Assembly: GCF_009914755.1 (NCBI RefSeq)
Contig: NC_060931.1
DNA length: 64,000 bases
DNA from: the human T2T-CHM13v2.0 reference genome, Homo sapiens
Strand: one strand, 5' to 3'
Positions within the stretch are counted from its first letter, which is position 1. Each line of letters opens with the position of its first letter. Shown here in pieces: positions 22,022 to 36,904 of the stretch. Below the pieces are notes generated by a model. It saw only the letters and a list, made by a program, of their open reading frames with translations. It did not search any database and was not told the DNA's origin. Made by a program: the position numbers and the translations under genes.

Positions 22022-22108
22022 TATAAGAGTTCTGAGGGATTGTTGTAAAAGTTGTCTGCCTTTAGCATTACGTTTATTCCATTATGGTGATATCTCATAA
22101 AATATCTA

Positions 22109-23737
<1,629 letters not shown>

Positions 23738-24079
23738 TGTATTTTCTCTTTGGATTAGAAAGGTGAGTCCTGCACCAAGCATACGCAATTGACATCACAT
23801 CTGCTCTAAGTCACGTTGTTCCCACAGAGAGTGTTCTCAGACTCATTAGCACCTTCTAACCTGGGACCAGGGAATGAGAGAAGGTGAAAGGGAATTATGC
23901 TGAGGGAGCAAAGATTGAGAAATTGCTGTGGTACAATTTGTCTTTTCCTTTTTATACACATACCGAGTAAATGGACATCCACTGTGAAAACATGCCTTAA
24001 TTTGAACCCCATAGATTGACTATGAAGAACTAAACCAGACAATGAATTATTGAAATTGGCCATAAGTCATTCTGCAACA

Positions 24080-24540
24080 ACCAAGTGCCCTATAAGGCAA
24101 AGTCAAATAAGACATATTTGCCCTTAGATAGCTTAGTTCTACAAAGAAAAATAATCAACTACAATGGCACAACACTGTATAAGTGCTATGATATATAGGT
24201 CTCTGAGAACCATGGATGAATTATACTTGGTTGATGAGGAAAGTCTCTGGAGGAAGGTAACACTGGTAAGGGAATGAGTATGGTTTAGGTAGATTATAAA
24301 TAAGGGAAGGATGGACTTTTCAAAAATGACAGAAGAGCATGTGCCAGGGCCATGGTTCATGAATATGACACTTGGAATTATAAATATTACATCAAAGCAG
24401 GAACTCTAACAAGTGACTGTGGAAGAGTGGTGGAGCTGACACTGAGAAAGTTAGTGCCAGGACCAGATCCTGGAGGGGTCTCGTTATAGATGAAGATTCT
24501 AAATTTTATCCTGAAAGTTATAGGGAGATACTGAAATCCT
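24080..24540 (-). mobile_element. L2 LINE relic
   Basis: AAGTCTCTGGAGGAAGGTAACA, GGACCAGATCCTGGAGGG, TTTTATCCTGAAAG typical of antisense L2 3' region. Confidence 0.55.
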
Positions 24541-25271
24541 ATTTAGACCACCATGATTAAAGATATAATCTATTTTCTATAGTAAAATGATAGACATTTC
24601 TAGGAAATTACACTTTGCCTTAAATATGAAAAAGTATCCTAAGCTAAGAGACATATTTTATCTTTGTAAGTAATAAACCCTGAAAATTAAAAAGCAGACT
24701 GCTACCTTTGGAACCCTTGTTCACAAGTGATTAAGAAAACATTGGTTTTATAAATATTTTGTACATATTTTTATGTAATTGAGTTGCTTCGTTGCATTAC
24801 TTTTTATTAGTTCATTTTGTTGAAAATAACAATATCGCACTTCAAATGCAAACACACAAAACACTATATGCTATAAATATTTAAAATATCAAAATTTGCA
24901 AACATTCCATAATGTGCATACAGATTGTTGTGAATTTATACACGTACACACACCACAAATATATATACATGATATTAAATCCTTTCTTTCCTAAGCATTT
25001 GTTAATTTTTCCCTAACTTGTGCTGGCCTATACTTTAGTTGAATTCTTAGTAATTTATTCAGTTGCACTTGATAAATGATTCATGAAATTACTCACATTT
25101 TTTATCATTTCAACACAGAAGTGCAATATTGCCCTAGCTTAATTTACTGTATCTAGTAACATTGAGTAGAGCAATAACTACTGGTTAACAAATATTTTAG
25201 GCTGCTTTCCATTTCTGTGTAACCTGTTCTGCCTTTGAATTGTCATTATATAAGAGATACATATTACACTA

Positions 25272-25664
<393 letters not shown>

Positions 25665-26049
25665 TCATCCAGTGTTTTATAAAGCTGTTTAGTTTATTAT
25701 TCTAATGTATTTTAAGCATAAATAATAGCTTACATTATTGAGTACCTTTGTTTGAATCATTGCTGTATCACTTACTAGCTGTATTTGAATTTGGGCAAAT
25801 TTCTTAACATCTCTATGTCTTAATTCCAGGATCTGTAAAAGAGATAATTAGACCAATATTTTCACAGGTTTTGTGAAGATAATATGAATTCATGCATGTA
25901 AAAATATTTTAAACAATCATTGGCAGGTAATTAGCACTTAGCATTTATTAGCTTTTGTTATTTTACATTGCAGTTAAATAACTAGGTTCCTCTATCTTGT
26001 AGGCATTAGCACAGACACTTGAATCTGACTCTAAATTCATGTACATGTT

Positions 26050-26446
26050 TGTATTAGTCCGTTCTTACACTGCTGTTAAAAAATACCTGAGACTGGGTAA
26101 TTTATAAAGAAAAGAGGTTTAATTGGCTTACGGTTCTGTGGACTGTACAGGAGGCATGACTGGTGAGGTCTCATGAAACTTACAATCATGAGGGAAGGTG
26201 AAGGGGGAGCGGCACATCTTATATGGCCAAAGCAGGAAGAAGGGTTGGGGGAGGTGCTGCACACTTAAGAAAAAAAAACAACAGATCTCCTGAAAACTGT
26301 ATCATGAGAGCAGCACTAGGGGAATGGTGCTAAACCATTAGAAATCACCCCATGAGCCAATCACCTCCCACCAGGCGCCACTTCCAGCATTGGGGATTAC
26401 AGTTCAACATGAGATTTGGGTGGGGACACAGACCCAAACCATATCA
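26050..26446 (-). mobile_element. MSTA-like MaLR solo LTR
   Basis: TGTATTAGTCCGTTCTTACACTGCT...GAGATTTGGGTGGGGACACAGACCCAAACCATATCA. Confidence 0.88.
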
Positions 26447-28599
26447 GTGTGATAGATTTTTCTCCAACCTGTAATATTATCATCTTTTCCGTTTGCTTCA
26501 CTAGCAAAAGATTAGCTCAATCTTTTGTCTTCTGCTAAAGTTTTGTCTGAACACATCAGCCCACAAAGCTGCTTCTTTGTTAATATCTTTTTGACATATC
26601 TTTTTTACTAGATTATATTAAAATCAGAGACTTTTAGGTTACCCAGTCCCTTGCAAGGTATGTGCTTGGTTAATAATTCTCTCTCTCTCTCTTCATCGTC
26701 ATTCTATGAATGATAAATTAGGTTACCTGGATCACAGAACCGTTGAGTGAATTATTATGCAACTTATCTAACTCATTCTACGGTGTCAACTTTGTCAGCC
26801 ATAACTCACCCATCCTTCACTTGGCATATTCAGTCACTATTTTTATTCAGGTTTTTGTTGTTGTTTAGAATCTTCAGGTGCCTGTGCCTCTAAGGTTATA
26901 TTGAAAGAATTACTGAAATAACATAATTTCTTAAAGTGCTACAAATGATATGCACTGGCCTTTTCCTAAATCATCTACTTGTTCTAGAAAAATTCAAATT
27001 TGATTGGCACGATTTTCTTCTCTAGGAAAAAAGCAGCTTTTAACTATGGAAAGCAAAAGCTTCATTTACTGGGTATCATTACAGAACTATGGCCTAGAAC
27101 AGAAGCTTCCTAAAATTCCAAGAAAGCTTAATTGGTTGTTATAACCTATAATGATTTATTTCATGATCAGATGAGATGAGAGAATTGGATCTTTTCTGAT
27201 ATTCAATCAAAGTTGTTTACTTTCTGTTTTTCTTTAATTTAGCCTTTTGATAAGGAAAGATTTATATATCCAGAGATCAAAATATTCAAACAAAATCCAA
27301 TGTTTTAATATATTAGTGAAATTTTAGTAGAGGTTTAGTGTTTCAAAGAAACAATCTTGCTGAGTATAATCAGATGATTCTTTTATTTTCCATTTATGAG
27401 GTATAAAAAGTCAGATTACTTAGGAGAAATGAAAGAAAAGAATGAACTTTGTCTTTCAGACAAACATGTAGAATCTACTTACTTCTATGAATAGTTTCTG
27501 ACCTTCCAGACAGTGAATTATCAAAAGAACCCAGACAGTTTGGAATGCTCTTTCCTCATAGAATGTACTAGCGGTCATGTGGAGGGAGGTCATCTGTCTT
27601 TGGTAAAAGAAACTCCATTGTTAACTTCATCATGGTAGGATTCACTCAGAAGGCCGGGATTCATAAAGGAGAAAGCAAGAATTCAAGAGTTTTGGTGTGT
27701 TTTATCTACTCTAATTAGAAGGGATTTTTTTTTACACAACTATGATGCATAAGAAAAAAAATCGATTATCTCCTGCTCCATCTTGTCTTATCTTTGTACC
27801 CCTCATGGCAATTTCCCACTCTCTGTCTCAATTTCACACCTTTTCCTAAAAGCAGAGTGCCTTTTTATGATCGTTACTTATGTACTCATCTATCTTCCTA
27901 ACTAGATTATGAGTTCCTGGAGGGCAGGACCAACATCTTACCACACTTTATATATATCACAGCTTTAGGCTCAGAGAATCGCACATAGGTTGTTAATGGA
28001 TGTTTGCTGAATTGAAAACAAAATAAACCCAGAATTTTTTTTCCTATACAGAGAGAGCTAAATAATTTTATTTTCTAGCATATTTTTAAAAGTTCTTCCC
28101 ACCACCTCTTCTTTAATCATTCTTCTAGATGTGTGTGTATAGAAGGCCCAAAAAGGTGTGTGTGGGTGGGGAAAATTTGGGGGCAGAAGTATTTCTGGTT
28201 CAACAGGCCTGTTTCAGATTTTCTCATTACCTCCGTGTTAAGTATCACTGAAATATTTTCCTGAGGATCAGGGTGTTTATGTTCTTTATATAACCTAAAT
28301 TCTGACTTGGAGTTTACAAATGAACTACCCATGGAAAAGTATTTTGATTTAATCAGGCTTCCATTTCCTAATCTATAAATGAGGCTGCTGGATGAGTTAA
28401 CACCAGGCACTTTCAAGCTCCAAGATTCTATGAATCTATCATAGTTGATCAATTATTCAGCATTGTCTCTTTCTTTTTTCCCTTTCTCTCTTCTCTCCTT
28501 CCTTTTGATGCCAGAAACTTCTTGGAAGAAAACATACAACATCTCTGTCTTTTTAGAGCTTACATTATATTGATGGTACGTGGAGGCAAAATAAGCATA

Positions 28600-29450
28600 A
28601 GGTTACTTAATGGCAGGTGAGTAGGGTCAGTGCAATATGAACACGGTAGAACATGGTCTGTTTCGATCAATAATTATGTGTTCAAAAGGAATAAAATGGA
28701 CTGTTATTAAGCTCCTACTTGATTTGCAGAAAAACTGCTAACAAATTTTTGATATGACTAAGAGGCCTGAGACACAGCCAGAGACTCCTGTTTTTTTACC
28801 AATTTTCTGAACTGAGCAGCTCTCCTTTTTGAAAAAGGAAGCTTAAGAAAATGCAGTTATAATAACAGTAAAAGTATGTGTAGTACTGTGAAACTTGTTC
28901 CAGTCTGTCTTCAATAAGTTAATTTATTACATATCTAGGGAAACAAATATAAAAACTTTGGGAAGACTATTGAATCCTGACTCTATACTTGCACTAATTC
29001 CTGGTATCACAGAAGATCACTGAATTCTACCAGTAAGAAGGAGAGATTTTTGTAGGCAGGAGTGACATGAAAGTGAACTAAGTAAGCCTAAGGACAGAAT
29101 CAACAGGACATGGAACTCCAGTTTCTAGAGTTCCTGATTAATACAACTACATAGGTGTGCAGGAGCCAGCTTATATCTACTCATGGAGCCGATTGTGGGC
29201 ATCTTTTTCCAACTCCATGGTTTAGTGACTTTACGTTGGTAGTTTGAACTTGGACATATTGAAGTGCTTATAGAAATCAGCAAATGCTACAAATCATGAC
29301 CTTCCGTTCCCAGAACGCTGTTATTAAATTTGCCAGCACAACACTGTGAATGAATATCATTGGCAAATAGCAAATCGCTACACTGTCTCCCTTTATTTTT
29401 TTAATATGAGCTATTATATTGGGAAGGTGAAGTGGATATTATTTGAATAT
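28600..29450 (+). mobile_element. Degraded ERVL-type internal (gag/pro region) fragment, split by MER63A
   Basis: GACTATTGAATCCTGACTCTATACTTGCACTAATTCCTGG and GAGCTATTATATTGGGAAGG resemble recalled ERVL protease-region consensus; very diverged, boundaries approximate. Confidence 0.4.
29150..29346 (+). mobile_element. MER63A hAT-Blackjack MITE
   Basis: GGTGTGCAGGAGCCAGC...GAGCCGATTGTG...GAAATCAGCAAATGCTACAAATCA...CCAGCACAACACTG. Confidence 0.75.
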
Positions 29451-32391
29451 TTCCAAAGGGCAAATAATTATGGTTAGTTGGGGGATATAAACTAGAAATT
29501 GTGTGTGCTTATGGAGAGGAAGAGTATGAGCCAAGGGATAATTAGATCTTATTAAGTAGTGGCATTTTTTAAGTAGGATAAGTTAATTAAGGAAATGCCA
29601 TCATAATCACACTGAGAGTATATATAGTAACTGTGAAAATTGTTCCAGTCTGTCTTCAGTGCGTTGTGTGTATGTGTATGTGTGTGTTTGTGCACAAATA
29701 CGTGTATGTAAGTGTACATGTGTTGAGAAGCCAAGTAAAAAATAATATGAAATTGGCTCTTCTAGAATGGAAGGAAAAATAATATAATAGACAAAGTCGG
29801 GTGACCCTTTATGTTCAAAGTGATGCCTCAGTGACTATGATATAGCTCTTGCTTCTTGCCATAGCTGATTAATTCTAGGGTACACACCAGAGCCATGTAT
29901 GAATAATCAGATTTGCTGTCACTGGGATTTGAATTTGAACAGAGTCATCTGGAAGATGGAGGTCATAAGATCTGTGTAATGTTTCTGGAGGCTAATAGTC
30001 AATACAATCTTAGCCACACTGAATTTACTCCATCCCTAGCAAAAAGATGGATCACATTTTTAGCCTAGGCTTACTCATCTGAATCATCAGCCTAGAGATG
30101 CATCTTTCAAAGAAACTAGGACTTACGTCATGTCTGCTCCTAACTGAAAAGTAGAGTGAAGAATTGTCTGAACCCTGGTAATAAAAATCGGGAGGAAATG
30201 GATGGATGAAAAGTATGGAATAAATCCAGTCTAGTATTATTTTCTCCTATAGTTTTCAAATTCTTTCTTTTATATCAGATTAATGACTTTCTGATTTTTT
30301 AATATTATATGTCTTGGGTCACCTTTTGATCTAGTTTTGCTTCAACTAACCCAACAAATTGCTACACTCATCATGGTTAGCTGTCTAAAAGCTGTTGAAT
30401 TCCAAATCTCCGTGTATTCACCTGTAGTAAAGAATTAAGCCTGATCTCAAATCATACTCTGCTCTTTATGACTGGGTACTCTTAAAATACCCATCTAAAA
30501 TTTTCAGTTTTAGAGATAAGAAAATTTAAATCCATGAAACTTCTTCAGAGCGTAGCACTTACTCTCTACTCTAATTTTGCATTTCACCAATTGGGGAAAT
30601 TTTGGGGATATAAGTGGCAGGATTGGGCAAATTATTAGATTTGTACAGCAAGAAAGGCATAATGGGAACATTTCAGAGCAGTTTGAAGGGTTGGGATTCT
30701 CTAAATCATATGAATGCTCCTAGATATCTTTATTTCAATTACCAGAATTTTCCTAATTTCCTATTGGTATCATATCTTTCATATAAAATAATTAGTGAGT
30801 TGTGAATTTAATTGATATTGTAGTTAAGCCACTGATGGAATCAATATCGGCATTTGACTTTTAGCAGCTTTAGCTCTATGGCTAAAAGCGATAGGAGATT
30901 TGTTTGGTTGTTTCTAGTATGGTTAACATGCAGTACCCAAGTATCAATCTGAGCCTTGAGGTAAGATTTTTAAGACTTGCTTTTAGCATGCTTTCACTTT
31001 AAATTACTTGATGCCATTGGATGTAGCAAAGATACTACTGTGGCTGAGAAATTTTTCATCCATTGTTTTTTCTCTTGTAACCACAGTTAATAAATTGATT
31101 GGCTAATTTGCTGCATTGTACCATGGGCTGGTATTTTCTCATCCTGGAAAAATGAGAGAGTATCTCAATGCTTTTTGCTTCACACCAACCTAAGAAAAAT
31201 TCAAGGAAGTTAACTTTCTCTGAGGATCTGTGGCCCTTGCCCTGCTCCTAGTATCTACTTCTGTACGTGTTTAGGTGTTATGGTTGCAAACGATAGACAC
31301 ACTGTGGTAGTGCCTTCTGATCCTAAGTTCCTACAGATTGACCATCATTACATGGTTATGTTGCATATAATGTGGACCCAATAATATGTATTTTCATTCC
31401 TTTACAACCTGTTGACAATATAGCAACATGGCATTGGAGGCATAATGCAAAATTATACATAGAGCTTAGGCATTAGATCCAGGTGAAGTGGCTTGCTAAA
31501 TAATTTTAGCATCATAATAGGTCATTTTTATGTAATTTCAGGGCCATAAATTGATGGTGTTAGAAGCCTGTGAGTCGCTTCTTATGGCTTCCTGTGACCT
31601 TTCAGAATCTGAGGCCTAAGTAGAATATCTTCTCCACTATCCTGAGAATATTATCCTTGACAAACTGGAGAGTCTTGAAAAGTACCACTCATCCCAAATC
31701 TTCTACCTTTGTATCTCCTAGTATTCCCTCTTGATAATACATCTTCTGTATTTTTTATGATGAATTGTAACTTCGATAAGAATGCTATGCCAGAATTGTT
31801 TTTCTCCCAATCTCTATCTCGCCAACTCTTCTAAAGGACTAATTCAGAAACTTTGATTCACATGATTTAAAAAATAGAGTGTTTTTTGGAAGGAAAATGG
31901 TATAGTTTACAATCAAATAGCTGGACAACCAGGTCTCAGGAAGAGCAGAAAATACAACTTAGACAATGAGAAAATTTATTGGTTAATGTGGCTGCTATAG
32001 GAGCACATTAGCATTGGTTTTATCCAGCACTTCAAAACTTTCCCCTAGAAATTTGCTTCCTTCTATATCTCCTTCGTGTATCATGTCTCATTCTAAAGTT
32101 GACTTCTTTTGTTGTGTCATAAGATAACATTCATAAGCTCCTAAAGCTACATTCTTCCTTATTCAGAGAGTCAGAGAGAGAGAGAAAGAGAAATTTCTGC
32201 CTTAATCATTGAATAAAAGTCCTGAGATTTACTGTAACTGAACTAATTTAGCACTTGTTCATTCATAGAATGTCAAATACTAACTAGCTGACATAGGCAT
32301 TAGTATGCTGGTAAGTGTTTAAAATAATATCTCAAAAAAGTAAACATGTATATATACACAAGTTTACTATAAATTTTACTGATGTATATAA

Positions 32392-32590
32392 TCAATAGTA
32401 ATGTATTTTATATTTTAACATTGCTAAAAGAGTAGATTTTAAGTTTTTTCACCACAAATAAATGGTAAGTATGTGAAGTAATATATATGTTAATTAAACT
32501 TGATTTAGTCCTTCTAAAATGTACACATACTGCAAAACATCATGTTATATACCATAAATATATACAATATTTGTCAATTAAAACAAATTA
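32392..32590 (+). mobile_element. L1MA 3' end fragment
   Basis: TTGCTAAAAGAGTAGATTTTAAG...GGTAAGTATGTGAAGTAAT...ACATCATGTTATATACCATAAATATATACAAT. Confidence 0.75.
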
Positions 32591-32737
32591 TAAAAACAAA
32601 GTCTTCCAAAAGTACAAAAATTTTTATTGATGTAAAATATATTTAGCTCTCAATTTACAAAATAATAGAATATACTATACTTTCACTGTAAATTCCATAT
32701 GACCAATTAATTCCCACAGAATACATTTGCTAAACTC

Positions 32738-33002
32738 TTTGTTTTTTTCTTTTTTGAGATGGAGTCTTGCTCTGTTGCCCAGGCTGGAGTGCCATGGTGT
32801 GATCTCAGCTTGCTGCAATCTCCGCCTCCCACATTCAAGAGATTCTCCTGCCTCAGCCTCCTGAATAACTGAGACTACAGGCACACACCACCACACCCAG
32901 CTAATTTTTTATATTTTTTAGTAGAGACAGGGTTTCACCATGTTGGCAGGCTGTTCTCAAAATCCTGGCCTCAGGTGATCTGCCCACCTTGGCCTCTCAA
33001 AG
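32738..33002 (-). mobile_element. AluS, lacking the first ~35 nt
   Basis: Antisense Alu from T-tail to GGCCTCTCAAAG. Confidence 0.9.
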
Positions 33003-33634
33003 GTGGTTGTAATTAAACTATGATTTGAAAATATCCTAATTGTTGGGAAATCCCATTGATTCTTTCATTGGTAATGTGAGGGAATTATTTGCTCATTTGG
33101 ACAATAATATTTAAATAACAGAAAGATATATTTTGTTTGCATACCAATACAATGTCTCTGACTCCAGAGTTAGGAAAAGATGTGCAGTAGCATACCTTTA
33201 TACAGTATTTTCTTCTGTTTTCACTGTTAAAGTAAATATAAATTTCAAGATCATAAGTACTATAAAATTTAGTAAAATATTTTAAAGGTATGAATTAATA
33301 TATTTTTGCTTTAATATATTTTAGTTATAAGTTCATATAATTTTTAAAATAATGGCTGTGTTTAGTAACTGACTTGCAAATTTTCAAGAAATTTAGCAAT
33401 TGGCTCTCATGAGCTGGTATGAGCTAGCTCTAGTACACTGTAGGCTGAGGTACAGGTTATGTCCTCACCCCAGACTCAGAAACTGTGGCATGGGGGTGGA
33501 TTATGCTGTTGACTTTAGCAAATTAAGACAAATCTTGAACTAGTGGTCAGATAATATCATCCAAACCACATGAATGGAACACTGAGATACTGCTAAGAAG
33601 GGGAAAACTGATGCTGGGGAGGCAAGCAAAAAAA

Positions 33635-33812
33635 GGGAACATCACACACCAGGACCTGTTGTGGGGTGGGGAGAGTGGGGAGGGATAGCATTAGGAGATA
33701 TACCTAATGTAAATGATGAGTTAATGGGTGCAGCACACCAACATGGCACATGTATACATATGTAACAAACCTGCACGTTGTGCACATGTACCCTAGAACT
33801 TAAAGTATAATA
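33635..33812 (+). mobile_element. L1PA (PA4/5-like) 3'UTR-only fragment
   Basis: GGGAACATCACACACC...GTACCCTAGAACTTAAAGTATAATA, near-identical to 46008-46185. Confidence 0.92.
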
Positions 33813-33824
33813 TATATATATGAA

Positions 33825-33829
33825 ACACA

Positions 33830-33866
<37 letters not shown>

Positions 33867-33951
33867 GCCACCAACAGGAGCCCAGGCATCCCCAGGGACT
33901 GTTGCAGCAGGAACTTGGGAGCCTTTGCTAAAGTGCTGCATTGGCATAACT

Positions 33952-33997
<46 letters not shown>

Positions 33998-34051
33998 AGA
34001 GAGAGAGAGAGACAGAGATAGAGAAAGAGAGAAAGGGAGAGAGAGAGAGAG
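33825..34051. repeat. (CA)n, 93-bp spacer, (TG)n(GA)n microsatellite cluster
   Basis: (CA)n 33825-33862; (GT)n 33956-33994; GA-rich tract to 34051. Confidence 0.95.
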
Positions 34052-34402
34052 ATTTATTCTAAGGAGTTGTCTCACGTTATTACAGAGACTGAGAAGTCCA
34101 GACTCATGAGAGTCAATGGTACTGTTCCAAATGAAGTCTGAGTCTCAAGGCAAGAGGAGACCAATGTCTCAGTTTGATGACAGTCAGGCAGCAGGAGATT
34201 ATTTCTTACTCAGCCTTTTATTCTATTCTATTTAGGTCTTCAAAACATGGGATGAGGCCCACTACATTGGGGAGGGCGATCTGCTTTACTGTCTACCCAT
34301 TTAAATGTTAATTTCATCCAGACATACCTAAAAATGATGTTTAAAAAATATTTTGGGCATCATGTGACCCAGTCAAGTTGACACATAAAATTAACTATCA
34401 CA
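34050..34402 (-). mobile_element. MLT2 (ERVL) LTR, one end missing
   Basis: GATTTATTCTAAGGAGTTGTCTCAC...GAGGGCGATCTGCTTTACT...CAAGTTGACACATAAAATTAACTATCACA. Confidence 0.85.
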
Positions 34403-34458
34403 CGAAGGTTGTGTGACTCTGCTCAACTTTATAGTTCCTGGGAGAAAAATATGATTGA

Positions 34459-36590
34459 CAACATCAGAGTTAATGGGCAAAAGCTGGAAGTATTCCCCTC
34501 AAGAACTGGAATAAGACAGGATGCCTTCTCTCACCACTTCTATTCAACATAGTATTAGAAGTCCTCACCAGAGCAATCAGGCAAGAGGAAGAAATATAAA
34601 GCATCCAATAGGAAAGAAGAAGGCAAACTATCTCTCTTCACTGACAATATGATTCGATACCTAGAAAACCCTAAAGACTCCACCAAAAGGCTCCTGGAAC
34701 TATAAACAAGTTCAGTAAAGTTTCAGGATACAAAATTAGTGTAAAACTATCAGTAGCATTTCTATACACCAATAACATTCAAGCTGAGAGCCAAATCAAG
34801 AATGCAATCCCATTTACAATAGCTACAGAAAAAATAAAATACCTAGGAGTACCTCTAACCAAGGAGATGAAAGATCTCTATAAGGAGAACTACAAATCAC
34901 AGTTTAAAGAGATCATAGATGACACAAACAAATGGAAAAGCATTCCATGCTCATGGGTTGAAAGAATTAATATCATTAAAATGGCCATACTGCTCAAAGC
35001 AATCTACAGACTCAGTGCTATTCCTATCAAGCCCAGCAATGTTATCTTTCACAGAAATAGAAAAACTATTCTAAATTCATATGGAACCAAAAAAGAGCCT
35101 GAACAGCTAGAGCTTTCCTAACAAAAGGAACAAAGATGGGGGCATCACATTATCTGACTTCAAACTATGCTATAACACATAATCAAAACAGCATGGTACT
35201 GGTACAAAAACAAAGACACATAGACAAATGGAACAGAATAGAGAACCCAGAAATAAAGCCACACAGCTACAGTCATCTGATCTTTAACAAACTTGACAAA
35301 AACAAGCAATGGAGAAAGGACTTCCTATTGAATAAATGATGTTAGGATAGCTGGCTAGCCATATGCAGAAGAATTAAACTGAACCACTATCTCTCACTAT
35401 ATACAAAATTCAACTGAAGATGGATTAAATACTTAAATGTAAGATCTCAAATTATAAGAATCCTAGAAGAAAAGCTATGAAATACTATTCTGGACATCAG
35501 TCTTGGGAAAGAATTTATGATTAAGCCCTCAAAAGCAATTGCAACAAAAACAAAAAACTTGGCAAGTGGGACCTCATAAACTCAATAGCCTCTGCACAAC
35601 AAAACAATCAACAGAGGAAAGAGACAACCTATATAATGGGAGAAAATATTTGCAAACTAGGCATGTGACAAAGGTCTACTATAGAGAATCTAAAAGGAAC
35701 TTAATTCAAGAAGCAAAAAGCAAATAACTGCATTAAAAATTAGGCAAAAGACATGAACAGATACTTCTCAAAAGACAGACAAATGGCCAAGAAGCATGTG
35801 AAAAAACGTTCAACATCACTAATCATTGGAGAAATGCAAGTCAAAACCACAGTGAGATACAGTCTAATACAAGTCAGAATGGCTATTACTAAAAAGTCAA
35901 AAAATAACAGATGCTCGTGAGGCTGCAGAGAAAAGGGAACATGATACACTGTTGGTGGGAATGTTAATTAGTGCAGCCACTGTGGAAAACTTTGGAGATT
36001 ATTCCAAGAATCTGCAGCAGAACTATCATTTCACCCAGCAATCACATTACTGGGCATATACCCAATGGAAAATAAATTCTTCTACCAAAAAGACACATGT
36101 ACTAAAATATTCATCACAGTACTATTCACAATAGTAAAGATGTAGAATCAACCTAGGCGCCCATCAGTGGCAAACTGAATAAAGAAAATGTGGTACATAT
36201 ATACCGTGGGATACCACACAGCCATAAAAAAGAATGAAATCATATCCTTTGCAGCAACATGGAGGCAGCTGGAAGCCATTATTCTAAGCAAATTAGTGCA
36301 GGAAGAGAAAACCAAATACCTCGTGTTCTCACTTATTATAAGTGGGAGCTAAACATTGGATACTCGTGGACATAAAAATGGCAGCAACAGACACTGGGGA
36401 CTATCAGAGGTGGTAGGAAGGAAGCAAGGCAAGAGTTGAAAAACTATAACGGTTAGGTACTACGCTCATTACCTGGGTGATGACAGCTATCATATCCCAA
36501 ACCTTAGCAGCACTCAATATGCCCGGGGAACAAACCTGCAAATATATACCCTGAATCTAAAATAAAAGTTGAAATTACATAAACGACAAA
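34459..36590 (+). mobile_element. 5'-truncated LINE-1 (L1PA15/16-like)
   Basis: ORF2 RT/C-terminal fragments ([10 protein letters not shown]...KWKSIPCSW); 3'UTR ending CCCTGAATCTAAAATAAAAGTTGAAATT. Confidence 0.92.
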
Positions 36591-36904
36591 ATAATATGGT
36601 CGGTTCAGCTTAGAACACTAGGAGTCAACATTCTCTTAAAATTGCTAGATGAAACTGAAGTAGGCCAAAATAGTTCTAATCTATATTTGGTGTAATATAA
36701 TTATCTCATTTTAATTCAAATAATTGATAATATATTTCCAAATTTAAACAAAATCTAAAAGAATTATATTTTTAGAAGTGAAATAATAAGTGCATCATGG
36801 GTAGGAATTTAAGGGACTATTTATCACTTTTGCTCTTAGATTTACAAAGTTGTCCAAAAAAAGAAAGAGGAAAAAAGTGGATAAAGCAATCTGATTTCTT
36901 GTGC

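Larger units (their letters stand above)
32298..33440 (-). mobile_element. MER63C/D hAT-Blackjack element containing a nested L1MA 3' fragment and an Alu
   Basis: Termini CATTAGTATGCTGGTAAGTGTTTAA and GGCTCTCATGAGCTGGTATGAGCTAGCTCTAGTACACTG. Confidence 0.65.
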
